Source: Podarcis tiliguerta
Lineage: Eukaryota
DNA length: 64,000 bases
Assembly: GCA_965153285.1 (NCBI GenBank)
Contig: OZ229115.1
Strand: one strand, 5' to 3'
In this document: one piece after another, positions 38,024 to 50,700 of the stretch
Layout of the letters: each line of letters opens with the position of its first letter
How positions within the stretch are numbered: the stretch's first letter is position 1
Program-made: the position numbers and the translations under genes
The notes under the pieces: model-generated
Told to the model about the DNA's origin: nothing
The model's database searches: none
Seen by the model: only the letters and a program-made list of their open reading frames with translations

Positions 38024-41000
38024 ATTTAATGTAATGTATCGTTTGGCCCTGTGAGAGTTACTGTAGGGGCTGCTGAGAGAAGTGGAATGGTGCTGTTTTC
38101 GTTTGTGCTTTAAAAAAGTGACTCTGTAGTTATTTTAACAATGTGGGGGTTCACAAAGTACAACATAACTGTGCACCCAGTATAAGAACAGAAATGGCCA
38201 CCAGCCAACTCCATCTGCCACCCACAGTTCACACATTATACTTCTCCTTGTCAGCATGGACATATGTGTACTTCATGACTCTGGGATGTAGGAGAAAGAA
38301 CACTCTGAACTTTCCCCAATACTTCTGTCAATGGGAAACCATTTTTTTGGAATTCCCTAACTTACTCGATGAAAGGGCAACAGTCATTATGAAAAATAGG
38401 AATCATATATTACAGGGCCTGTTAAAATAAATAAAAGCCCCCGCTTGCTTGCTCCTTGGGCTCTTTGTTGAGGTATTTATCCAGCAACCACAACTGAGCG
38501 TTGGAGGATGCATGTGAAACGTTCTGTTTTGAACACTCTGTGGAGGTGCCACTGGATAAAGAATCTGTTGATCTGCAAACAGCGACCTCTTCTTTTGAGC
38601 TTTGTATGCCTGTCTCTGAGAATTGGGCTGGCTTCTAAGCCAGCTATTCCTCCCCTCCCTTTCAAGCTTCCCCCTGCCAAAGGAAACACTGTACAAAATA
38701 ACCTGTGTTACACTGCGCTTTCCGGAGAGGCTTCCCAGCCACACTATGAGGAGGAAGTTTATCATAAATACTCCAATCATCCCTCTTGGCTCTCCTCCCA
38801 AAGAGCCATGTCCCATCTTCCCTTCTCCCAGGCTCTGTCGGCTTCGACAGCCACGCAGGAGGGAACGCCACAACACTGAAGGGATTCATTTCGCTCTCTC
38901 CGCTGGCTGCCAGACGTGCCCTCCGAAAATAAAGAACACTGAAGGACAAATGCCCTTTTAGTGCCCCCTGCATGCAAGCCATCCATCATCCCATCAAGGC
39001 CGGGAGGAGAGGCCAACTTCTCTGCTCCAGAGAGATAAAGGCCACTGCAGTTGCCTACTTCCCATCCTGCATGGAACCTGCAACATTCCACCCACCAACC
39101 AAGCCGATTTCACACTAGCAGAGGCTTTGATGAATTGTTGTCCCCCATGCAACGGGAGCTTCAGAATTGATGGTGAAGACTTTCAGCAACTGAGGGGGTG
39201 GGGACAGAAGCCTCAGTCTGCACATGGATCTCAAGGGACTGTCATACTTCGCCTTAGTGCCGATGCTCCAGTGCTCTGTAGGCAAAGGCTTCTGTGTGCA
39301 TGATACAGAGTGGAAAAGCTGGGATAGGTGCGAAGAAGTGAAGGTGGTGGTCTGATCTGAGAAATCTGGGTTTCAAGTCTCATCTCTTGCAAAACTGTTT
39401 TGTGGGTGAACTGCTATGCCAACCTGTTTCCCAACCTCCAAAGTCTATGGGACTCAGCAGACTTTAGGCTGCCTAATTGCAGCCTAAACCACCTCATGGT
39501 GAATTCCACATACATTAGCTATAGCATGTGCCTATATAGTCAGTATACCTAAGCTGTAACTTCGTAAGCATGCTTACTAGGAAGTAAAAGCCCATTGATA
39601 TCCACTGGATTTAATTCTGAATAAAATGCTGAGGACTCTATCACTAAGGTCCTTCAACTTCTTCATAAACAGGTGCATTAAAAAATGATCATAGAATTGT
39701 AGGGTTGGAAGGGGCCACAAGGGTCATCTAGTCCAACCCTCTGCAATGCAGGAATCTTTTGCCGAACATGGGGTCCATGATCCAGAGATTAAGATTCTCA
39801 TGCTCTGCCAACCGAATGTGACCTTGTTGCAACTGCACTGAGCCCCTGATGCAGGCAAACAAACTAAGCAACAGCCAAGGGTCACAGGTCATAGAAGCAC
39901 AGCACTAGAAAAACACACCCAAAATTACCTTGTGCAAAGTTACTATGCAAATCCATTTTAAAAAGTAAAAGTGCACTGATTAAAGGAACCCTTTCCATCA
40001 CTCGGTGAGATGTTAAAGCAAGGAATGATAAGCAGAGTGAGAAATCAGAAATCCAATGCCACAGATCTGGCCCAACTTTACAACATGTAAGCTTAATGCA
40101 AGGAACAAAAATGCTGTGTGTGGTGTGAGAGATCATATAGCTCAGGACCGCCTAGACGTATTTCCTGCCCTACTCCCAGATGTGTGGGGGCTTCTTGACA
40201 TTGCATTGTGGTAAGGATGTGCATTGTGCACATGCTTACAGGGACTTTTAAGTTAGTTTTGTACATGCACTTAGGCTGTGCCCCATTATCCAGCCAGGTT
40301 CTGCTCCATTATCCAGTTAGGTTCTGCCATTCAGCCCTGGTTCAAATTAAGCCACACGCATGCTTCTCAGTAATAGTCCTTAACTTCTGTGTTTGTTGCT
40401 ATGTGCCAAAAATGTTATAGCAACCACCTGAAGATTCAACCCTCAGAACTTTTAACTCACATGGAAAGCAGAACACAGTAAAAAACAAACAAGGAAAAAT
40501 ATGTCCTTGAGATTTGCCCCCTTAAGAAGCTTTTTGTGGTCAGAAACAATAATTTTCTTTCTTAAAACAAAGGAACCATGCAAGCTACCACTAGGCCACA
40601 GTTCTATTCTGGAGGAGGAAGCAGTCAAATACAGGGCAGCTGATTTAAATCAGGAGAAGGCAGTAGATAGATCAGGATCTATTGGGAGACCGCCAACTGA
40701 TTTGCAAGAGATTGGCAAGTGTCTCTGACACCCAATCATTTAACAATAATAACAACTCCCCCTCCCCCCCAATTTAGGCTACTGAAATAAATTTAAAAAG
40801 CTAACTAGGACTGAACTTCTGTGGGAAAGGGCTGTAAGTGCAATTCAAACCCCAACATAAATGAAATCCCAAGGCTCAGGGGTACCCTGTTCTTTAATAC
40901 TAAGTTCTATGTCTTTTGCATCTGGCTCTGGTTGGTTGATATTGGAGAGATCTAGGAAAAACCCCAGCAATAAACAAAGTAGACCCAACAAACCCAGAGT

Positions 41001-41371
41001 TCACCCACCTCTGATCTAAATGAAGAGGCAATTTCAGACAAGCTGCTCACCTAAACATGTATCTTACAAGTAGTAATTTGAAATCACGGTGCCTATTCCC
41101 GCCCCCTCCCCAACCATAAACCTGAAAACATTTCCCGCAGAGCTATGGCATTCATTTGTTCAGGTCCTAAATCTCTGGAAGTCAAAGAAACTCCGCAGAA
41201 GCTTTAGTCTGCTCTTTCCATTAAAGGCAGCGCCAATCAGAAAATTTCAGGAAACTACAACTGGGAAGAAAACGACAATTGGGCAGTCGCAGATTACTTC
41301 CAGGAACCAGCTAATTCAGCAGTGCTCATTGCTTATTTCTCTTTAGCTCCAAGGAATGCACGCTTACTCAC

Positions 41372-41700
41372 CTGGTGTGAGCTGCTAGAAGTTCTAAATT
41401 TTACAGTTACGAAAAGTTCTGCTCTGTTTCCACTTACCTTTGTGTATGTGTGTGTGATTTGCTCAGTTTATTTGAGTTTCCCCGTTACCCCCCGGGAGCG
41501 CGAGCTTCTCCGCTGCCATGCTTCTGGTGCGCTTGCTTAAATTCTCCACCCCCCCTTGCGGTATTTCATTTAACTTCGGCATCGGCGGCATCCCAAATGT
41601 TAAAAAGATCTGAAGACATCTGTCCCTGGGGCATACCACTCCCTGCAAGGAAAGAGGGGTGAATGCCTTGCTTGCCCTTCTCCTTTTCCAACCGGGATGT
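41372..41700 (-). other. INAVA: Probable INAVA non-coding first exon with two alternative donors; contains a uORF
   Basis: Consensus donors AAG|GTAAGT (exon end 41438) and CAG|GTGAGT (exon end 41372) at the edge of a CpG island; MPKLNEIP match to the human long isoform. The 5' end is approximate. Confidence 0.6.
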
Positions 41701-42110
41701 GAAATCCCCGAGAGCGTCTCTGTGAAATGCGGCGTGAAAAAACAACAACACGCCAGGCCCGACCGAGTTTTTGTTTGCTAGGTTGGTGGTTTTCATTAAT
41801 TTCGCCCTTTGAGGGAACAGCCTCCCTTCAGGGACCCCCCTTTTCCACAGCCAGGATTGCCTCGGCCCTGGCGGTAGGAAAGAGTCATTTGCTGAATCAA
41901 AGCGCTTCTTCCAAGCCACACAATGACCCCCCTGTGGTTGCTTTTCTGCGGGGAGACCCGGGGCGAACGTGCGAAAGAATGGCCGCGGGGAGAGAGCGGC
42001 GCTTCTCCCTCAGGGCAGCCCAGAAGGAAAGTGTGCGCGGCAGCTGGCTATTAATGTCGCATTAGTGATGGATTAGCAGCACTCTCGGCCCAACGCACAA
42101 TGGCAAACTA
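41460..42110. promoter_or_regulatory. CpG-rich promoter region of INAVA
   Basis: High CpG density in non-repeat sequence directly upstream of the strong donors; ATCAAAG TCF/LEF-type motif at 41896-41902. Confidence 0.65.
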
Positions 42111-44809
42111 ACAAGAAGTTAGCCAGGAAAGGTTGACACTGAGAGGAGGCCCTGCGAAGCAAGAGATATTTCATGTTATTGCTCTGTGGCGCCAAGGCGC
42201 TTTCGTTTGCATTTCTCTGGAAAGCCCTGCTGGTGTGCGATGGCAGATGTCACCCACCTGAGATCTATCTTGGAACCCTCTAAAAACAACCACACCGAAT
42301 CCTTTTTAAACCCTCCAAGTAGCTAGTTGACACGGGTCGCTAAATAAATGGTCTGGCCCGAGGAAGGTTGCAGATCCAGCTGTAGACCAGCGCAGCAACA
42401 AGCAGGAATTCAGCCGGTGAAGCTGTCAGAAGCTTTATGGGTTGAGTCGGCCCATGAACCAGCTGTGGATCAGTGATCAGGCAGAAATCCAACAGGTGAG
42501 GCTTTATCCGTCATTGAATACCCATTACAGGAAGGGCTTTATCTCTGAAATCTCTGTCTGTGGACCAAGTGAGGACCAGCAAAGCCGAGAGCAGAAATGC
42601 AACAGGTGAAGCTTTCCCATCACTGAATTCCCAGGATAAGAAAGCTTTTATCTAGTGAATTTCTGCATTCATCCAGTTACTAAAGACACAGGAGGCCTGC
42701 GTGTTATTGTTGTTGTTTTAAAAGCAACCCCACAAGTAAAGCACTATGCTAGATTTAAGGACCGTTTCAATATTACATGGTAGCAAACAAACACACCTGC
42801 TGCTGTGGCTATTGAGTTTACACTTGTTGTTTATCATCATCAGCAGCAGCATCATCAGCAGCATTATTATCTGTTTTTAACCCCCTTCTAAACAAGCATC
42901 TCAAGATGATTTACACTTAATAGGGAACAGGGCTGGCCCAATATTTTTTTCCTGCCTGAGATGAAAGTCAAGATGGCACTGCCTTCCCTCCTGTGCACAG
43001 AAGCCAGCAAGAAGGGCAGTCGAATCTTCCTTCAACCCTGGTGACAGGATAGCGTCTTCCACCACACCTGAAGCAGCAGAGGAGAATAGCTGAGGCACTC
43101 AGAAGGAACAGCTGGAGGCATCTTGCTGTCCAGGTGGTTGTCTCCTGCTTAATGGAAAGGTCACCTCTAATAGAGACCCCCCCCCCACTGATTATTGCTT
43201 CTTGACCAGTGTACTGTATGAGACACAGGCAGCCAATGCACTAAATGCATATATATATGCGTGTGTGTAAAATGTAATGCAGCACTTTCAGTTGCCTCAC
43301 TTTGTTAGGCTTTCCACCCTGTATGGATTTATCCCTCGTACTGCTTCCCTGATTAACTTCCAGAGTTCCTTCAAACTCATGGCACTAAATACTGTACATG
43401 CAAAAACAAAATAAAAAAACAAGAAAGGTTCCTGCATTGCAGGGGTTTGGACTATATGACCTTCATAGCCTCTTCCAACTCTACAATTCTCTGATTCTAT
43501 GACTACCCAGAGAGCTCTGCTAGAAGGCAGATGTTCAGTCTGGCTACTAGTCAGGAGACTCTTGCTCCTAAATATACTACCCAGTACCGTACAAAGAAGG
43601 GCAGCTTAGAACTCTTTTTTCCTGCTGACTTTTTCTTCTTTAGTGAGAATCTTGGTTTTGTGTAGAGATTTTGTTTGTTTTCCACTTTCAAGGGTTGTGT
43701 TTTATCCTGCACCAATGCCCATGGCGGCAGAGTAGAGATGCTTACTCAGGGCAGGGACAAATAGGGAGTTCTTGACGTAGCTTTTATTTTTCGTGTGGCT
43801 GTTTAATGGAAGGTGTGCACTTGCCAATACCACTCTTACAACAGGAGAAGCTCAGTGACGTGTGGGATAAGAGGAACTTGCATACATAAATTTTAACCCA
43901 CTTTTTAAAAAGCAGTTATGCCACCGCAAATTTTCCAGATGTGCCATGTCTCCCACACAACAGCAGCAAAACATGGGGAGAGGTTTTTTCCTATGTACGA
44001 AAAGGCCTTGAAATGGATCCCAGCTCAGCAAATTCATAATCGGAGCTGCTGATTCTGCAAAATTACAAACATTTTTGTTCTTCTTTCTGCCGCTAATCTG
44101 CTGCCTGGTGCTAGTCCATATCCTTTTCAGCTTTCTTAATCCTATTTGTGGAACACAATGTCTTTGAAGAACAACCTGTCATTTACTAGGGATTTGTGTA
44201 ATGGTTAGAAGAATGGATGTTAGCTCACATAAGGAAACAGTAAACCTCTGCAGAAGGTTTTTGCGGTGTCTGAAAAATATACTCAGCTTGTGCTGGTGCT
44301 GTAAGTGTTTTAGGCTGGTTTATGTAGCTGTCTAGAGTGCATTGACCACATATACAACTGCAGTGTTTATGCATGACATGGGGGTTTCCACCCCTGCCAT
44401 ATATAGAGACTTGTGTCCATTTGTGTAACATGATGACAGCACTGATAAGACCAAAACTAGTGAAAAGCTGGCACTTTAAAAATCTAGCTTAATTTCAACC
44501 TAGAATGAAAAAAATAGTTGCCTGTGTCTTGTCTTCCTGTGCTAGTCTTCCAGAGTACCACCTTGGGGTACTAACAACATCTGATAAAGTAAAGCGGGTA
44601 AACATGCTCCACTATCTTACACACACTGTGTACTGACTTACAATTTTGATTAGATGCCTATTTTAACAACTTGGTTCTGTGTGGCTGTAAATTCTAAACC
44701 TTTAATTTTGACAACCAACCTCTTGCAAAGCTTGTCTTAAAAACTTGCTTATTATATCCTGCCTTCCTTCCAGCATGGACCCCAAGGCAACATATATGTG
44801 GTTCCCAGG

Positions 44810-45745
44810 CATAGCTGTCAACTTACAGATTTGAAAATAAGGGACCAGCAGCCTTGAAAATAAGGGATCAGCAGCCAAAATAAGGGATTTTAGACAACCA
44901 GCTGAAATATGAAGTTAAAAGGGACCAAATAATTTTGGAGAACAGCGCCAGTTTTTAGTCCATCGTTTCCAGAGGTTGCTGCTCAAGACACCAGCTGACG
45001 AAACACTGCAATTAAATAACTGCAAGCAGCAACCACTTTTCGCGCAAAACGAAGTCCAAGCTACGAAGATGCTGCTGCAGTTCTGTATCTTTTCTCTCGT
45101 GCTCCATCTGCAGCTCTCAGTTCCATCAGGCGGGGCGGGAGGAATAGCACCCAAAGTAAACCCGCAGATCAGACCATCTATGCTAGTCTACCACTACAAA
45201 TCTATGGGAGAAGCGCTTTCGGTCCTTCCTCCTCTTTCCCCCTCTATGGTTAGCCCTTAGAACACCTGCCTGCGCCTCCGCCTCCTCCTCTCTCTGAACT
45301 GCTTTCTCTATGGTTGCCCTCGCTCTCCTCTCAAGGCTCCTCAGCAATTCATAGGCCACGCCAGGCTGCCCATCTCATCTGGGTTCTTTGGTGGCGCAGC
45401 CACAGTACGGCCTAGCGGTGGCGGCGGGCAAAGGGGAGGCCCCAGGCAGAGACGCTCAGTTCAGCGGCCACAAGGAGGATGGCGGCGGAAGGGCCCGAGG
45501 GTCCCACCAGTCCTGGTGGGGAGGGACTCCCGGGGGCCAAGGCTGGTGAGAGGAGGCCGGAGGGGGGCGGGCTGGGCAGCCAAGCAACACAGTTGGAGCC
45601 TCCCTGGCCGGCAGAGAGGGAGGGAGAGGAGCTGCTTCCTTTGAAACCCGGGAATTTAAGGGACATCATCAATAAGGGACAGCAGCGGGACACGGTGCTG
45701 GGATAAGGGAGTTTCCCGCCAAATAAGGGACGGTTGACAGCTATG
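44810..45745. mobile_element. 936-bp non-autonomous hAT transposon, recent insertion
   Basis: Perfect TIRs CATAGCTGTCAAC/GTTGACAGCTATG, perfect 8-bp TSD TTCCCAGG, subterminal AATAAGGGA repeats, intact CpGs. Confidence 0.9.
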
Positions 45746-47737
45746 TTCCCAGGTAGTCACCTATCCAGACACTGACCAAGTCCAGACCTGCTTTAGCATT
45801 GGGCATGCTGGGTAGGGTTAATGGGAGTTGTAGTCCAAAACACCTGGAGGGTGCCAGCTTGAGGCAGATGGGTCCTTATCTTATGTGAGTTTACAGAAGT
45901 AATGAAATAGTTGTAAAAACTGGGAAGCTCCATCTTACTGGTCCAGTTCCTGATAAATATAATGTATTTCAAGAATCTTTGTCTGTCTGTCTGTCCTTCA
46001 CATGCTCCTACCCAGCTGAAGGCCACAGGATCCTGGCCCACAACTGTAAGTAACTATGTCTTTTATTTCTAAGTTATTTCGGATGCTAGGTGACTTAGAA
46101 GTTAGGTCATGCTAGGGAACTTACAAATTCTTTTCAGTAATTATATGGGCTGGAGGATGCTAGGAGGAGGCCAAATCTTCAGGTCAGATGGGTATTGTAC
46201 TTTGGATGAAGAATTATACATCACCAAAGCGATGAATTCGTTTTAAGTTACTACCTTGAGTGTGTGCTTATCTTTTCCCACTACAGTAACTGTGTTTTGC
46301 TCCCCATTGCACTGAAAATATGAACCTCGATTAGATCACCAAATTAGCAAGTCTGGCATTGATCATCCCTGACCTGGAAGAATTTACAGCCAGGTCAAGT
46401 CAGAAGGAACCAGTGTGCTGCCTAGGTAAAACCATGCTGGGACCCAAGAGAACTATACTATACTATAATGTTGCTGCTTCCTCTGTAGGCTCAAGGGGTA
46501 CAGACCAGGAGGCTCCTGGTATGAATCCCCAACTGATCCCAACACCCCTGGGCCAACTCTCCCAAATGCTGTCTGCTGATCAGCACTAATTATGTCAAAC
46601 ACAGTTATGGGTGGCACAACCAAATCACACTCTAGAAAAGTTGTTGGAGCTTCAGACTTCAAACTGGAAGTCTGCTGCTGATACACACACACATGAATCT
46701 GTTCCAGCTTCTACACTCCTTGGTTCTGCTGCTGAAATGAATGGAATTCAGCAGTTTCCAGCTGATGTCAATGCCTCTGAAGGCATCTCAATCAGCCAAA
46801 TTCCACTGTTCTGGTCTAGTTCAGTTGTATCAGGCGACTGCAAGTCCACAGCTGAATTGCACTCTGAGAATAACTTGGTCACGTTCCTTGTGAAGTGCTT
46901 GCTGTTTTTTCTCCCAACAAAAGTCAGAGCAGGTGGCTGAAGTCTTAGGGCATATCTAGGTTGCCCTGTCTGTGTACCCCATGAGAAAATGCTCTTGCAG
47001 GTATCCACAAGGTATGTGATATGAATCAGACACCGAAAATGAAGTTTTTTGCTGAGCTGACCACATCCTGAGTGGTTGGCAGAGTAGGCAGTAGGAAATT
47101 TTTGTCTCGGGCCATCTGAACACTGCTGGTATGGGCAAAGCCACAATTTAAATAAAATATAAAACGGTAGACTATGTACCAGTTTGCCTGTAAACATCCT
47201 GTAACATTCATGCAATAGCAATGGAACATCAGGAGGAAGAATAAGAGACTTGTATCCTCATTGCAAGACGGTGAGTTCTGGGGGCTTTCTTCTTATAGCT
47301 TGTTCTGGCTGTTGGTTCTTCAGCTTATGCATTGCAGTTAGAATCATAGAGTTAAGGCCCATTCTCTCAACAACTTTGACATATGGTGGTTATGAGAAAA
47401 AGCCAGTACACACAGCTGGTGATTTTCAGCATTGTGCTAGGCAGCCCATTGGGTGCATCTGCCACCATGTGCTAATTTTTTAATTTTTTTATTGCAAACC
47501 CTATTTAGAGAGAAGGATGACTTGTTTGAGTCCTTAAGGCATGGGACTTTTGTGCCGTTAGGATTAGCACTGCCTGGCTGTGCAATGCCTTCTGCACTCC
47601 TATGGCTGCTCAACCTGCACGTCTGCAGATCGGCACCATAAGTCTCTAGTGCTTTTCACTCCAAGACAACTCCATCCTGTAAAAGCAGGAGTAACTGTGG
47701 GAAGCAGGAGACTTCTTTGCCATATATATTTGTTTAT

Positions 47738-47738
47738 T

Positions 47739-47783
<45 letters not shown>
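47738..47783. repeat. Compound (TA)n(TG)n microsatellite
   Basis: Direct reading of the sequence. Confidence 0.9.
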
Positions 47784-47784
<1 letters not shown>

Positions 47785-50700
47785 ACCACTGTATCATAAA
47801 AATACACCACGGCAGTTTACAACAATATAAAAACATAAAACCAAGCAATAAAATCACAAAAAGTTAAAAAAACCAGTTAAAAGCAAAAAGTGATTAAAAA
47901 CAAACATCAATAGACCATTGTGGGATGTGTAACTCTTAATTGCCTGCATACTGCAAACTCACCTGCAAAAAACAACATCCCCAAATGAAATGTTACCGCA
48001 AGTGGTGTGAGGAGCTGCTCTTTGTTGTGGGGTTGGGGAGAGAATGGGAGTCATGTACAGAGTCCCACTGGGCTGTTAGTCGTGCAGTCCTCTAGACTGT
48101 GCCCACTCTAGTTTCATCTTTCCACTCCTATCAACCGATATGGAAACCCTTTTTTTGCTTAATTCTGCCTTCTTTGAGAACCTGTAACTTGAAAAATTGC
48201 TTGCAATACTTAAATGACTAGTTAGGCCACTAAAAGCAATCACCATGCTTCCTCTGCATTTCTTGGGACATAAAATTTCTGGGCTGGCAAACTCTGTGGA
48301 GGTCGTATTCTCAGTGTGTGTGTGTGGGGGGGGGTCCTTTCAATACATGTATGACTGGCTCCATCAGTTCAAGCTTTTAACAAAGTTTTAAAAACTCATT
48401 TGCTTTCTGTGGCTTTTAATTGAAGGTTTTACCATATATATGCTACTGCTGGAGTTTTTTGTTGGTTGCTGTTGAATAGCATTGTACCAGTCTTATTGAT
48501 TGTAATTTGAATTATAAGTCAGTGTTTATTGATAAAATTGTATGTTGTTAACTGCCTTGGAACAGCTATAATCTTAAAATACTTCAGTATTTGGGACATA
48601 TCCACATCTTGCATTGGCTTACTGTTTTAGCACTGAAAAGGAAGCAAGCATCAAAAGAATGATACCCTACTCTATTGCACCAAACATTAAGAATTGGTTG
48701 GAAATATTGAATTTTATTTTAAATTGGATCAGCACAAAGGTTGCTGACTCCACCCAGTTTTTTAGCTGTCTCTAGCCAGATGCCCCCGAGGAGCTCATAG
48801 GGAAGGCATGATAGAGATGCATGATATGTGCAGCAAACAAAGATATACTAGGTCTGATTAGGGAGGCTCCATTTTTTTTGCTGCTATTGATAATAACTAT
48901 TAGTAAAAAATAAAATTCTTGTTCTCAAATAATTTTTCTAAACCCTTAAAACTAATCTATGGTAATGGCAGTACTGTAGTTATATCTGTGGCAATGAATT
49001 ATATATCATGCAGCAATAAACTATGTGCAATGAAGTTCTTTCTTTTCCTTGCCCTGACTTAGTGCCAATCAGTTTCAGTAGATGACCCTGAATTATACTG
49101 TTCTTGTGATGAAGAATTTCTCCCAACCCACACTTTCCATGTTAAAATGGGAAGAATCATTTGATTCCAATCTAGATTAGTTTCATCTGATTTATAGCAC
49201 AATCCTGTGCATATGTTTACTCAGAATAAAGTTCCTCTTATGTTCACCTCGTAAGTGTCTTTAGGATTGCAGCCCTGAATTATTTTTTCTGGATTCTGCT
49301 GAAACTTCCAGTTTGAGATCCAAAATCCCTTTTCACATTCTAATTCCACAGCAGCGTGAAAGAGAGCCCTCCATACATGCATAGAAAGAGTTGACACTGC
49401 TCAGGATACCTCTAGGCAAGGGTCTCCAGTATGCTATTGCAATAATGCAGGTAAATGCATTTTCAGCTGTTATAACATACCAGCAGTCTCTGTGCATGTG
49501 GATTGACACTTTAAAAAACTTGGCATGTTTTTGCATTGTGTATATTATGTGCCAGATTCCCTGTGGCATCAAAACTGGTTCCGTGATTCCCATGTAGAAT
49601 AGTGGGGGAATAACGCTAGAATCTACATAATTGCAAAACAATGGGCACAGATCACATCCCTTCCCTCTCCACATGCACACTGCATCAGAATCTGAGTCTT
49701 TCTCATGGTGCCACTAGGGGACACCCTAATCCTTAAGGTACTGCAGGGTGCCTGTCTGTTAGCTGCTACTTCAACATCACATGTTCTTCTTTCTGAAAGA
49801 ATACACACAGAGATCCTAGGTTACCAGCCAGCATAATTCTGAAAACCTGGGTTTTGTCAGACACGAATTTTACAATCCGCTTCAGGTTAAGATTTTAGCA
49901 GTTATGCATTACAGACCCACAACATATTAAAACTGTGATGTTTGAACAAGAGAGAATTACTTCTGAGTAAACATGCATAGCATTGGACTTTAAAGCTGCC
50001 ATCCTAAACACACAATGCAATTCAGAAGGAAGCCCCACTTTTGTGTGTGTTGTTTAAAAGCTTACTCATTGTAGAAAGACTATGCAAGGTGCAGGGACCA
50101 CACAGAGGTCTTTAGCAAGTACTGATCAAAACAGCAATTTGAGACATGTCTAGTAAAGTGTTGCATGCTCACCTAGGAGTAGCACAGTAGGCATTACTCC
50201 TGGGTAAACATACATTGGATTGGGCTGTAAGGCTGCTGCAATCAACACACTGAATTAAGAGAAAGTTCATTTCAATTCAGTGGGAATTACTTCTGAACAG
50301 ACTTGCATAGGATGATGGTTGCATATTTCTGACCATTCTGAGCCCACAAATAGGCTGCACCCAATCAGACCAAATGCTTATTTTTTCCGCTGGGTGTGCA
50401 ACCTGACCGCCTAAAGCTGTGGTGGATGAGGGGGAGCCTGTGCAGTTATTTGCAGCTCACTGTGACCGCAATACATCCCACCTCAGCACATAATGCTCTC
50501 TTGAGAAAACAGGGTTATGAGCAGGTTCAGCTCAAGGCATCATCCCTGGGTGCTTATATACAGTATTATATATCCCTGGCTGTTTATATTTTCTGGTCAC
50601 CTCCAAGTTGGTCAGTATTTTGTGGGAGAGAGTCAAGTGCAAATGTAGGTTTGTAGGATTAAGGTATTCTTGTCCTAGCACCTCAAACCCACTTAAAAAA

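Noticed and set aside
38403-39091. Cluster of overlapping 100-157 aa ORFs on both strands
   Set aside because: No recognisable family or splice-supported exon; likely chance or a decayed repeat.
45412-45706. CpG island with ATG-GCG-GCG ORF (MAAEGPEG...) resembling a first coding exon
   Set aside because: Lies wholly inside the hAT element bounded by perfect TIRs and TSD.
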